Source of the DNA: Candidatus Portnoybacteria bacterium | GTDB taxonomy: Bacteria > Patescibacteriota > Minisyncoccia > Portnoybacterales > GWB1-42-6 | Direction: 5' to 3' | DNA length: 64,000 bases | Assembly (NCBI GenBank): GCA_028688325.1 | Contig: JAQTYI010000002.1 | Span: forward strand, 9,395-73,394 | In this document: positions 1-8,819 of the stretch, piece after piece | Layout of the letters: each line of letters opens with the position of its first letter | How positions within the stretch are numbered: the first letter of the stretch is position 1 | Notes under the pieces: model-generated | What the model was told of the DNA's origin: nothing | Databases searched by the model: none | Seen by the model: only the letters and a program-made list of their open reading frames with translations | Translations under genes and position numbers: made by a program

Positions 1-1868
1 CGTAAAGAATTGAGCAGGGGCAAAAAATCCGTTATAAAATTATAAGCGGCGGCGGCTCCGGGATCAAGGTAGCCCATAAAGACCAGCGCCAAGCCCATAA
101 CATTCACCGTCCCCCAAACCCAAAGGTCCTGGCTGATTATTTTCATCGTGAAGCGGCCCAAATTCATAACTTCCGCCAAGCCCCTCAAATTGTCTTTGGC
201 CAAAATAATATCCGCCGATCCGATGGCCGCGTCCGAACCGATGGATCCCATGGCGATGCCGATATCAGCCAACGCCAAACCGGCCGCGTCGTTGACTCCG
301 TCGCCCACCATCGCCACTTTATATTTCGGACTTAAAACGCCTTTTATAAAATTTACTTTATCCTGAGGCAATAAATTCGCCTGTAATTCGTCTATTCCGA
401 CCATCTTAGCCACCTCGCCGGCTATCTTTTCATTGTCGCCGGTCAACATCACGGTGCGTTTGACGCCAAACTCCTTGATCTGCGCGATAGCCAGAGGAGC
501 CACGGGACGGACGGCATCGGAAAAGGAGATGAAGCCCAGAAGCTCCTTGCCGATGCCAAGCGAGGTTAGCATGCGCCGCTTCTTTTTTTGCTCCTCTATC
601 GCGTCCAGTTCGTCCGGCGAAAAATCGATGCCATTGTCTTTTAGGAATTTGACCTTGCCGGCCACGACCTCCTGGCCGTCCACCCGCCCCTTGATACCAA
701 AACCCGGCTCCTCATGGACCAGGGTTATGGGCGGCACCGTGATATTTTTTTCAGCCACATATTTTTGTGCGGCTCTGGCGGCCGGATGCGCCGAATCCTG
801 TTCGGCGGCGCCGAGCAGCGCCAAGAATTTTTCCTTTGAATAGCCGTGGAAGGTCGCGACTTCCACAACCTGCGGCTGGCCTTCGGTTATCGTGCCGGTT
901 TTATCGAATATCATTATTTTCGTTTCGCTCAGCCCCTCGATGAAGTTGCCACCTTTAACGATAATGCCACGCTTGGCCAGTGTGGCGATGGCTGCGCTAA
1001 AAGCCAGAGGGATTGCCACGGCCAAATCGTCCGCGCAGGTAACCAGCAATATCGCCAGAGAAAGCCCTATGTTGCGGGTGAGGTAATATGAAACTCCTGC
1101 CAGAATGAAAGTTGCCAGAATATACCAACCGGTAAACTTTTCCGTCACGGAAACAATCTGCGCTTTGCTGTCTTGGGATTTTTCCACCAATTCCAAAATT
1201 TTGGCAAAGGCGGTATCCGCGCCAACTTTGGTGGCGCGGACGATGAGGGAGCCCCCGACATTCAGGGTGGAGCTCAAAACTTCGTCTCCCGTTTTTTTGC
1301 CAACCGGATTTGATTCGCCGGTCAAAGATGACTGATCTATGCTCGCTTCGCCCGATTGCACAATGCCGTCCACCGCAATTCGTTCTCCTGATTCAACCAT
1401 TACTATATCGCCCACTTTTATCTCGTCTATATGCGTTTCCTTGGGCTTGCCGTCCGCTCCCACCAGATGGACCATAACCGGCCGTAATTTTAACAAGCCC
1501 CCTATGGACCGTTTGGCGCGGCCGGCGGTGTAGCGGGTGAAAAGGCGTGCCGAAGCCAGCATCAAGCTGATAAAAACCGCGCTGTGCCATTCGCCAGCCA
1601 GCAAAGAAAAGATCAAAGCCACGCTGGCCAAAAGATCTATAGTTAAGTGCTTCTGGATAAGAGATTTTATCGCGTTAAAAATGACCGGCAAAAGACCGGC
1701 AACGGAAACGGCGATTAAGACCGGCACATCTATGGCGGCAAGATAAGGGCTTGTAAAATTAATTATCAGAATCAATGCCGATACGGCAACCAAAAAAGAA
1801 TCTATCCAAAAAAATATTTGGCTGTCGTTTAAAGCGAACGCCGAAATTTGATGGTGTTTTTTTCGCAT
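1..1868 (-). CDS. Heavy-metal P1B-type ATPase (3' end runs off the window)
   Basis: Manual translation from ATG 1868 (MRKKHHQ...). Phosphorylation motif FDKTGT near 890-908 is in frame, plus LTGES, TGDN and MVGDGVNDA. The TM metal motif reads LLVTCADDLAVAIP. Absent from the ORF track because there is no stop in the window. Confidence 0.92.
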   Translation of the reverse strand, partial: MRKKHHQISAFALNDSQIFFWIDSFLVAVSALILIINFTSPYLAAIDVPVLIAVSVAGLLPVIFNAIKSLIQKHLTIDLLASVALIFSLLAGEWHSAVFISLMLASARLFTRYTAGRAKRSIGGLLKLRPVMVHLVGADGKPKETHIDEIKVGDIVMVESGERIAVDGIVQSGEASIDQSSLTGESNPVGKKTGDEVLSSTLNVGGSLIVRATKVGADTAFAKILELVEKSQDSKAQIVSVTEKFTGWYILATFILAGVSYYLTRNIGLSLAILLVTCADDLAVAIPLAFSAAIATLAKRGIIVKGGNFIEGLSETKIMIFDKTGTITEGQPQVVEVATFHGYSKEKFLALLGAAEQDSAHPAARAAQKYVAEKNITVPPITLVHEEPGFGIKGRVDGQEVVAGKVKFLKDNGIDFSPDELDAIEEQKKKRRMLTSLGIGKELLGFISFSDAVRPVAPLAIAQIKEFGVKRTVMLTGDNEKIAGEVAKMVGIDELQANLLPQDKVNFIKGVLSPKYKVAMVGDGVNDAAGLALADIGIAMGSIGSDAAIGSADIILAKDNLRGLAEVMNLGRFTMKIISQDLWVWGTVNVMGLALVFMGYLDPGAAAAYNFITDFLPLLNSL

Positions 1869-2444
1869 TTAAATTTTCTTTTCCAATCCGTATCTGCCTA
1901 TCAAAAAATCCGCGATAAAAAACAAAACGACTCCCAATGCCAAGGCGTATTCAGTAAATTTCAAATAATGTTTAACATATTGGAACGACGCGCCCGAAAG
2001 ATATCCGAGCCCTCCGATAATGGCGACCCAGGCCAAATTGGCGAGAAAATCATCTTTAAAAAATTCCCGGAATTTCAATTTTATGACTCCCGCCCGCGCC
2101 ATCATCAAATGATGGGCGCCATAAACGAATTTGGAAATAAATATCGTGCGCAAGGAGTTATTCAGCAGGTGCTCGTCGAACCGGCCCGTTTTGGCAACCA
2201 GCCAGCGGCTAATAAAGGTCTCTGAATGGTTTATCTTGTGGCCCAGCCAATACCACAGGGAATCGCCCGCCATAGCACCGCCAAAAATGGTCAAAAAGGT
2301 AAGTTCGGGACTTAAAAATCCCTGCGACGCCAAAAAAGCCGCCGCGAAAAGGAAAACTTCACCCTCAATTACCATGGCCGCAAAAATAAAAACATATATC
2401 GCCGGCCCCAAAAGAGGCAGATAATGGAAAACCAATGAATTCAT
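1869..2444 (-). CDS. DedA/VTT family membrane protein
   Basis: GEVFLFAAAFLASQG...GAMAGDSLWYWLG...IFISKFVYG matches the DedA pattern. Confidence 0.85.
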   Translation of the reverse strand: MNSLVFHYLPLLGPAIYVFIFAAMVIEGEVFLFAAAFLASQGFLSPELTFLTIFGGAMAGDSLWYWLGHKINHSETFISRWLVAKTGRFDEHLLNNSLRTIFISKFVYGAHHLMMARAGVIKLKFREFFKDDFLANLAWVAIIGGLGYLSGASFQYVKHYLKFTEYALALGVVLFFIADFLIGRYGLEKKI

Positions 2445-3457
2445 AGATCCGTATTTTTACCTGATAATTGTCCGCACGCGCCAGCGATATCATCCCCAAA
2501 CCTATACCTCTCCAATGCTTGAACGCCCGCTTTCATTAAAACATCCTTAAATTTTTTCACTTGGGACGGCTCCGACGGAGTAAAATCTCCCGTTTGATTA
2601 TACACAATTAAATTGACAAAATACAGGCGGTTATCCAAAAGCGTTGCCAACTCTTTGGCCTGTTCAACGGAATCATTAATATCTTTTATCATAATATACT
2701 CAAACATCAGCTTGCGGTTGGTCTTGGCGGCATAATCGCCGGCCGCCGCCATCACTTGTTCCAGCGGATATTTTTTGGCTACGGGTATCAGTTTCAGCCG
2801 CAACTCATCATTTGGCGCGTGAAGCGAGATCGCCAGATTTATTTGCGGCATATCTTCGGCCATTCTTTCCATCCCGTCAATGATGCCGGCTGTGGAAATA
2901 GAAATATGCCGCGCGCCGATACCCAGCAAATTATCATCATTCAAGATTTTTATCGCGCCAAAAACATTATCGTAGTTCAAGAACGGCTCGCCCATGCCCA
3001 TAAAGACGATGTTCGCCACGCGCTCATTTTCTTTTTTCAGATAACGCGCCCAGAATAAAACCTGTTCGGATATTTCTCCCGACGATAAATTTCTCTTTAG
3101 GCCCATCTTGCCCGTGGCGCAAAAAAGACAACCCAAAGGACAGCCGACTTGCGAAGAAACGCAGACGGTATTTCGGCCTTGGTGACGCATTAAAACCGTT
3201 TCCACGCTTAAGCCGTCTTCAAGCGTTAACAGCGCCTTAAATGATTGCATGTCCTTGCCCGTAAATATTTCCGCTTTTATTTCCAGCGATGCTTCCGCCT
3301 TCAATTTTTCGCGCAATTCGCTCGGCAAAGTCGTGGCCTGCGTCCAGTCGTCGATCAAGTCGCGCCAGATAAGCTGCCCTGCCTGTTTGGCGCGGAATTT
3401 TTTCTCGCCGGATAAAATTTTATCTATTTTTCCAAAATCCATTCCAATCCTTTCCAA
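2441..3457 (-). CDS. rlmN: 23S rRNA m2A2503 / tRNA methyltransferase RlmN (radical SAM)
   Basis: CVSSQVGCPLGCLFCATG, MGMGEP and DIAGACGQL motifs. Confidence 0.95.
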   Translation of the reverse strand: MERIGMDFGKIDKILSGEKKFRAKQAGQLIWRDLIDDWTQATTLPSELREKLKAEASLEIKAEIFTGKDMQSFKALLTLEDGLSVETVLMRHQGRNTVCVSSQVGCPLGCLFCATGKMGLKRNLSSGEISEQVLFWARYLKKENERVANIVFMGMGEPFLNYDNVFGAIKILNDDNLLGIGARHISISTAGIIDGMERMAEDMPQINLAISLHAPNDELRLKLIPVAKKYPLEQVMAAAGDYAAKTNRKLMFEYIMIKDINDSVEQAKELATLLDNRLYFVNLIVYNQTGDFTPSEPSQVKKFKDVLMKAGVQALERYRFGDDIAGACGQLSGKNTDL

Positions 3458-3561
3458 TTTTTAATTTTCTTATAAGGGTCTTCCTTTGTTTTTATGCCGC
3501 ACACTAATATATCATACTCAAACCCTCCGAAATTATCAATCGGCCACTATGTTCCATCTAT

Positions 3562-3590
3562 TTGACAAGCTATTATAAATATTGTATCAT
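3562..3590 (+). promoter_or_regulatory. Sigma70-type promoter for the FadL-like gene
   Basis: TTGACA (3562-3567), 17-bp spacer, TATCAT (3585-3590). AGGGAGG Shine-Dalgarno precedes ATG 3652. Confidence 0.7.
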
Positions 3591-3651
3591 TATGTATTCG
3601 GCAAGTTCTTCAAAAACTGGGCCAGGCCCCAAAAATACAAGGGAGGAAAAA

Positions 3652-4797
3652 ATGAAAGCGAAAAATTTGATTTTTTGGCTGATTGTTTTGTCTGTTTTTA
3701 TTGCGACCGCATCTTGGGCCGCAGCACTCAATCCCCTGGGAGGATTCGGGCCGCGCAAGGCCATGCCTGCGGGCATTGCCGTGGCGGATGATCTGGCGGC
3801 ATTTTATTACAATCCGGCGCTGCTGCTGAAAGCGGGAAATTTCGCGCAGGCGGGACTGGAAGGCATGAGAGCGAACTTTGTTTACAAGAACGCGGCCGGC
3901 CGCGAATATAACGCCAAAACAGGCAATTATCTCACGCCTTCAATCGGAGTCAATTATCGGATAAACGACAAGCTGGCAGCGGGTCTGGGCATTTACACGC
4001 CCTACGGCTTTGGCGCGGATTTCAAAGACGAGCTGGGTCTTTATTCAAAAATGTCTCTGACCAATCTGGCGCCGGCCGTTGCTTACAAGGTATCGGATAA
4101 ATTGACGCTCGGCCTTTCAACAAAAGCAGGTCTCGGCCAGATAGAGCAAAGCCAGCCGACCGCTTCCGGCCGTCTAGATAGCAGATCGGACGGCTACGGC
4201 TACTCCGCGCAAGTCGGCTTGCTGTGGGAAGCAGCCGACTGGCTGCGATTCGGCCTGACCTATCAGACCAAAACTAAGGTTATGCTGGACGGCAATGCTA
4301 AATATGTGGATACCGGCGCCAGCGACACCTATACGGGAGAATTTTACTTTCCCGGCTATTACGGCTTTGGAGTGGGCATGGAATTCGGCAATCTGCTGAT
4401 CGCAGCCGATGTTATGCGCTTTGATTATTCGTCCACCGACACGGCGCTCACCAACTACCGCCACTGGCCGCAAGGCGTCCAGGCGCTTCATTGGGAAAAC
4501 AACACCTTCTGGGGTGTCGGCGCGGAATATAAATTCAGAAATGTCTGGCGTCTGCGCGGCGGGCTGGTCTACCAGGACGCGGTAATTCCCGACAGCACCA
4601 TCAATGCTTCGGGGCCCGACATGAATGGTTATTCAGCCGGTCTGGGCCTGGGGTATCGCGGCCAAAACATCAATATGGATATAAATTATATCCATATTTG
4701 GGGCCCGGAAAGAACGGTCCAGGGTACCTATTTTGGCGCCGGCCGCTACTCGGCCGACATCAACATCATCTCAACGGCAATAAGCTGGCGATGGTGA
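3652..4797 (+). CDS. OmpP1/FadL/TodX-family outer-membrane beta-barrel protein
   Basis: Signal peptide, hatch-like segment GFGPRKAM...ADDLAAFYYNPALL, alternating beta-strand pattern, terminal aromatic residue (..AISWRW). Start moved to the ATG with an SD. Confidence 0.8.
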   Translation: MKAKNLIFWLIVLSVFIATASWAAALNPLGGFGPRKAMPAGIAVADDLAAFYYNPALLLKAGNFAQAGLEGMRANFVYKNAAGREYNAKTGNYLTPSIGVNYRINDKLAAGLGIYTPYGFGADFKDELGLYSKMSLTNLAPAVAYKVSDKLTLGLSTKAGLGQIEQSQPTASGRLDSRSDGYGYSAQVGLLWEAADWLRFGLTYQTKTKVMLDGNAKYVDTGASDTYTGEFYFPGYYGFGVGMEFGNLLIAADVMRFDYSSTDTALTNYRHWPQGVQALHWENNTFWGVGAEYKFRNVWRLRGGLVYQDAVIPDSTINASGPDMNGYSAGLGLGYRGQNINMDINYIHIWGPERTVQGTYFGAGRYSADINIISTAISWRW

Positions 4798-4803
4798 GGC
4801 GAC

Positions 4804-4846
4804 AAAGGGAGCGATTCGCACAAGCGAATCGCTCCCTATTTTTTTA
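4804..4846 (+). terminator. Rho-independent terminator
   Basis: GGGAGCGATTCGC-ACAA-GCGAATCGCTCCC followed by a T-tract. Confidence 0.85.
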
Positions 4847-4867
4847 CTCCGCGCCCGCAAATCAGGC

Positions 4868-5089
4868 CTAAGAGTTTATTTCAAATATCTTGCTTCTCTC
4901 CTTGAATCCTTTTATTATTCTCACTTTCGAAACATCCACATTAAAATACCGCGCCAGGATATTGCGGATAGACAAGTTAGCGCGGCCGTTAACCGGCGGT
5001 TCGCGCGTTTCCACGACAAAATGCGCCTCGTCTATTTTTTCCATTTTGTCTTCATAGCCATCGGGCTTGGCTTTGATGTGAATTATCAT
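4868..5089 (-). CDS. DUF167/YggU family protein
   Basis: IHIKAKP...EPPVNGRAN...LARYFNVDVSKVRIIKG..SK pattern. Confidence 0.85.
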   Translation of the reverse strand: MIIHIKAKPDGYEDKMEKIDEAHFVVETREPPVNGRANLSIRNILARYFNVDVSKVRIIKGFKERSKIFEINS

Positions 5090-5123
5090 ATAAGGTTTAA
5101 ATTAACGGCCCTAAAAAAGATTA

Positions 5124-5255
5124 TGTCATTCCCGCCCCGCATCAAGTGCGGGGAGAATCCAGGTTTTTTGTCGCCCTGAACTTGCTTGCCTCGCCAAAGC
5201 TTTAGCGACGGTTGGGCTTCAGGGCCTGGATCCCGGGTCAGGCCCGGGATGACAA
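5124..5255. repeat. REP-like palindrome cluster (GTCAT[C/T]CCG family)
   Basis: GTCATTCCCGCCCCGC..GCGGGGAGAATCC and CCTGGATCCCGGGTCAGGCCCGGGATGACAA. Related copies at 28083-28157 and 43054-43084, with looser relatives at 55473-55580, 56026-56085 and 58392-58479. Confidence 0.8.
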
Positions 5256-5933
5256 TTCTATTAATCTTCTTTGCACCGCTTCGCTTCTAAGCTCCCGCAA
5301 CGCATCTGCTGCTACCCAGCGCGCGGCGCGCGAATCAATTTTAGCAATTTCCCGTGCCAAAGATATCGCTTTTTTATTCAAATTCATATTCCTCTTACCG
5401 ATCTGGCGCAGCGCCCAATTCACCGCCTTACGGACATAATTGCGCTCGTCCGCGGCGTATTTTTTTATCAGCGGAAAAAATTTTATAAAATCGCCGTCTT
5501 TCGCTTGTTTGTTTTTGAATGCCGCCGTGGCCATCAGCGCGAATCCCGCCCGGCGTTCGAATTCTGATTTTCTATCAGCCCAAGTCGCGCATTTTTTGAA
5601 CACCAGCGGATGGCTAAAAAATAGATTCAAGCAAACCTGGTCGCAAACATCCCAAGAATCAAAACCTTTTATCCATTTGTCCATCTGCGCGCCGCTCACC
5701 ATTTTTACATCGTCCACCATACTCGCCAATATTTTTGCCTCGTGAATTCCCGATCTCCAAAGTTTTTGCGCCAAGACATGATCGCGGCCGATTTTTTTGA
5801 CTAAAGACCGCAAAAGAGGCATCGGCGCTCCCAGTACCTTGCTTTTGGGCCGGATGCCAAAACGCGCCATACCGGCGGCGTTTTTTGGATCAGACATTGA
5901 TTTCAGTTTTTTTAGAATATCTTTATCCGTCAT
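5238..5933 (-). CDS. DNA alkylation repair protein (AlkD-like HEAT repeat)
   Basis: FDSWDVCDQ and DERNYVRKAVNWALRQIGKRN motifs. The C-terminus runs into the REP-like repeat. Confidence 0.88.
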   Translation of the reverse strand: MTDKDILKKLKSMSDPKNAAGMARFGIRPKSKVLGAPMPLLRSLVKKIGRDHVLAQKLWRSGIHEAKILASMVDDVKMVSGAQMDKWIKGFDSWDVCDQVCLNLFFSHPLVFKKCATWADRKSEFERRAGFALMATAAFKNKQAKDGDFIKFFPLIKKYAADERNYVRKAVNWALRQIGKRNMNLNKKAISLAREIAKIDSRAARWVAADALRELRSEAVQRRLIELSSRA

Positions 5934-6247
5934 CTGATTTTGCTGCCAACCGGCGCTTCCTTGTCCGGCACAAGCAAGATCGGCTCTTCGTCTCCCGCCG
6001 CCAGCAGCATTCCTTGGCTTTCTTCGCCCATCAATTTGCGCGGCTCCAAATTTATCACCACGATTATCTGGCGGCCGAGTAATTTTTCCGGCTCATAAAA
6101 TTTCGCGATGCCGGCTAAAATTTGCCGCTCCTCATCTCCTGTGGAAATTTTAAGCTTCAATAATTTTTCCGAACCGTCAACGCGTTGGGCATCTAAAATT
6201 TCTGCTACCCGCAAATCAAGCTTTTTAAAGTCATCGTGAGTTGTCAT
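5930..6247 (-). CDS. tRNA-binding OB-fold protein (MetG C-terminal/CsaA/Trbp111-like)
   Basis: DDFKKLDLRVA...RQILAGI...NLEPRKLMGEESQGMLLAA. Confidence 0.9.
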   Translation of the reverse strand: MTTHDDFKKLDLRVAEILDAQRVDGSEKLLKLKISTGDEERQILAGIAKFYEPEKLLGRQIIVVINLEPRKLMGEESQGMLLAAGDEEPILLVPDKEAPVGSKIR

Positions 6248-6254
6248 AAAAATG

Positions 6255-7166
6255 TCAATTTCCGTCAATTAATTCAATAATTCTTTCCATCAAGGTCTCC
6301 GGCTCCTTTTTGAGGTAGCCCGCTTTGACCCTGATCTCGTCCAGTCCACTCTCGGCCTCCTTGCGTCCCGCATCAATGATGTCTCCAGCGCGTTCAAAAT
6401 CTATCCATTGAAAATTCGCTACCAGCGGCTTTAAAACGAAATCCGCCTGCCCGACCGCCCTGCGCGACAACTGATAATTCAACGCCATAAACGCATGCGA
6501 AACTATGCGGTTTAAATTTTGTTGTGTGATCAAATCGTCAGAAAAGTTAACCCAGCGGCTGGAAACATCCACCGCAATGACAAAATCCGCGCCCATATTT
6601 TTTACCACATCAACCGGCAAAGGGTTGACCATTCCGCCGTCCATCAGTAATTGCTCCTCGAATTTTACCGGCTGAAAAATCACCGGCAAGGAAACACTGG
6701 CCAAAATTCCCTGTGCCAAAGAGCCGTTGCCGATGTCAACTTCTTTACCGGTCTCCACATTCGTGGCCACCGCCTGGAACGGAATTTGGCACTGTCTAAA
6801 GGTTTTCACATCCATCAGTTTTTCCAGCAATGCCGTCATTTGCTCACCCTTAAACAATCCCTTGCTGAAGTCCATATTGATTTTCTGCGATTCCTTTTCG
6901 GAAAATGTCTCCACGCCATCGGCGAATAGATCCTTGGTGCTGGTTTTTAAAAAAATGTTGCGCAAAAATTTGATGTTTTTGGTCGCCGCGTACCAGCCGC
7001 CGACCAGCGCTCCCATGCTTGTGCCGGCGATAAAATCAATAGGGATGCCGGCTTCTTCCAGCGCCAAAATTACGCCGATATGCGCCAACCCCCTGGCTCC
7101 GCCGGCACCCAGCGCCAGGCCTATTTTTTTGCGCTTCTGGCCGAGATTTGTCTGAATTCTCGCCAT
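6255..7166 (-). CDS. Patatin-like phospholipase (RssA/NTE family)
   Basis: GAGGARG, GTSMG and DGG motifs. Start moved to ATG 7166. Confidence 0.92.
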   Translation of the reverse strand: MARIQTNLGQKRKKIGLALGAGGARGLAHIGVILALEEAGIPIDFIAGTSMGALVGGWYAATKNIKFLRNIFLKTSTKDLFADGVETFSEKESQKINMDFSKGLFKGEQMTALLEKLMDVKTFRQCQIPFQAVATNVETGKEVDIGNGSLAQGILASVSLPVIFQPVKFEEQLLMDGGMVNPLPVDVVKNMGADFVIAVDVSSRWVNFSDDLITQQNLNRIVSHAFMALNYQLSRRAVGQADFVLKPLVANFQWIDFERAGDIIDAGRKEAESGLDEIRVKAGYLKKEPETLMERIIELIDGN

Positions 7167-7167
7167 A

Positions 7168-7434
7168 TTATTTAGTCCAAAATTCTTTGGCTTCTTTTTC
7201 CATTCTCTCAAGACGGGTGTAATAATCGGCAAACTCATTCAAATGCGCCAAAGCGATTTTACCAGTCATTAACGGATCATCGTTTGTCACATTGGTAGCG
7301 GCATTCTCGGTGCCGTGTTCCAACTCCACATCCATACCCGTGCGGAATTGTTCAATATCGAATTTAAACCAATCAACGCCCAATTGTTCGCCGATCTGTT
7401 TGGCAACATCGGCTGTAAAATTTTGCTTTGTCAT
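7168..7434 (-). CDS. Small conserved protein (DUF5661-like)
   Basis: GMDVELEHG...TNDDPLMTGKIALAHLNEFADYYTRL. Confidence 0.75.
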   Translation of the reverse strand: MTKQNFTADVAKQIGEQLGVDWFKFDIEQFRTGMDVELEHGTENAATNVTNDDPLMTGKIALAHLNEFADYYTRLERMEKEAKEFWTK

Positions 7435-7557
7435 AGAATTTTAATTTAATGATTTATGCTCTTGTATTATATTTTATCCTTTCCCCGCCGGAAGCGCAAC
7501 CCAAACGCGACGCCAGAAAAATAAAAAGGCCCCCCTTGAAGACGAGGCCTTTTCCTG

Positions 7558-7968
7558 TTAACTCCAGGGAAAATCCCTAAGCCAACCCCTGATTCTCATT
7601 AAGGTGGGCCTCGGATATTTTAACGGATTGGATATTATCACTTCTTTCAAGGCCTCTCTTAATTTAGCGTTATTGATTCTCTGAATCTCATAGCTGAAGT
7701 CATCGTTACCCATAGATAATTGAAGCTTATGGTGCCGCTCGCTCTCTTCGTCCAGAAGCCGCATTTGACAATCCCAGATCGTTGGCGGACCGGGTCTTTT
7801 TCTCGGTTTTTTTTTACCATTTCCGTTTTTTTTACCGTTTTTTCTTCCATGGATATGGTGTCCGACCAGCCGACCGCCGTTCTTGCCGGATAGCTCCGAG
7901 CAATATCCCAGAAAATCGCATCTTATCTTCTTTATTGTGTCCCACAACTCTCCGTTTTTGACGACCAC
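7558..7968 (-). CDS. Hypothetical protein
   Basis: 136-aa ORF with no recognised motif, followed by a terminator-like hairpin at ~7524-7555. Confidence 0.45.
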   Translation of the reverse strand: MVVKNGELWDTIKKIRCDFLGYCSELSGKNGGRLVGHHIHGRKNGKKNGNGKKKPRKRPGPPTIWDCQMRLLDEESERHHKLQLSMGNDDFSYEIQRINNAKLREALKEVIISNPLKYPRPTLMRIRGWLRDFPWS

Positions 7969-8064
7969 CCCCTTTCAATAAAAAATAAAAAGAACTTCTG
8001 AAGTTCCCTCATGCAAATATTTTAACACCGACAGGGCCCTCGCGCAAAACCAACTTATCCACAA

Positions 8065-8781
8065 CTAACCCCGGCAAACCAAATAAGAAGCCACCATCGC
8101 CGCGGTCTCGGCGCGCAAAGTCAGTTTTCCCAGCGAAATTAGCTTAACCCCCGCTCCTCTGGCCGCGCCGATTTCCTCTCCGCTCCATCCGCCTTCCGGG
8201 CCGATAAAAATTCCGACTTGCTCTTTTTCCTGTTGCACCAAATTATTGATGTCAGACATCAATAATTTGGTGCCGGACGCATCAAATAATATGTTTGCCG
8301 TGTTTTCTTTTGCGCCAGCCAGCGCATCGTTGAAACTTATTGCTTCCCGCAAAACCGGAATTATTCCCCGGCCGGATTGTTCCGCCGCTTCTTTGATGAT
8401 TTTTTTCAGCCGGTCATATTTCAAACCTGTTTTAACCGTGCATCGCGATATCACGGGCACTATCTCGCTTACGCCGGCTTCCACGGCCTTCTGGACAACC
8501 AATTCAAAATTTTCCCGCTTTAAAACCGCGCAATACAAGATTACTTGCCTTTCCGGTTCATTCTCATTTTCTTTTACTTCCAAGATTTCCACCTCAACAA
8601 AATCTTTGCCGTATTGTGCAATTTTCGCTGACGCCTCTTTTCCTTGTCCGTTGACTAAAATAATTTCTTCACCTGCGCCCAGGCGCAAAACATTTTTCAC
8701 CTGATGCAAAAAATCCCCGTCGGAAATTCGCAGGGTTTTTTGCGCAAGATCAAAATCGCCGAAGAATCTGTTCAATCTCAT
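8065..8781 (-). CDS. rsmE: 16S rRNA m3U1498 methyltransferase RsmE
   Basis: HQVKNVLRL, EAAEQSGR, IGPEGG and LRAETA motifs. Confidence 0.95.
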   Translation of the reverse strand: MRLNRFFGDFDLAQKTLRISDGDFLHQVKNVLRLGAGEEIILVNGQGKEASAKIAQYGKDFVEVEILEVKENENEPERQVILYCAVLKRENFELVVQKAVEAGVSEIVPVISRCTVKTGLKYDRLKKIIKEAAEQSGRGIIPVLREAISFNDALAGAKENTANILFDASGTKLLMSDINNLVQQEKEQVGIFIGPEGGWSGEEIGAARGAGVKLISLGKLTLRAETAAMVASYLVCRG

Positions 8782-8819
8782 AGATACAATCTAATGAAAA
8801 TGGTCGTCAATCCTGACCA

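Noticed and set aside
148-1746. Series of plus-strand ORFs, and similar ones throughout the window
   Set aside because: They are antisense shadows of clear minus-strand genes, here the P-type ATPase.
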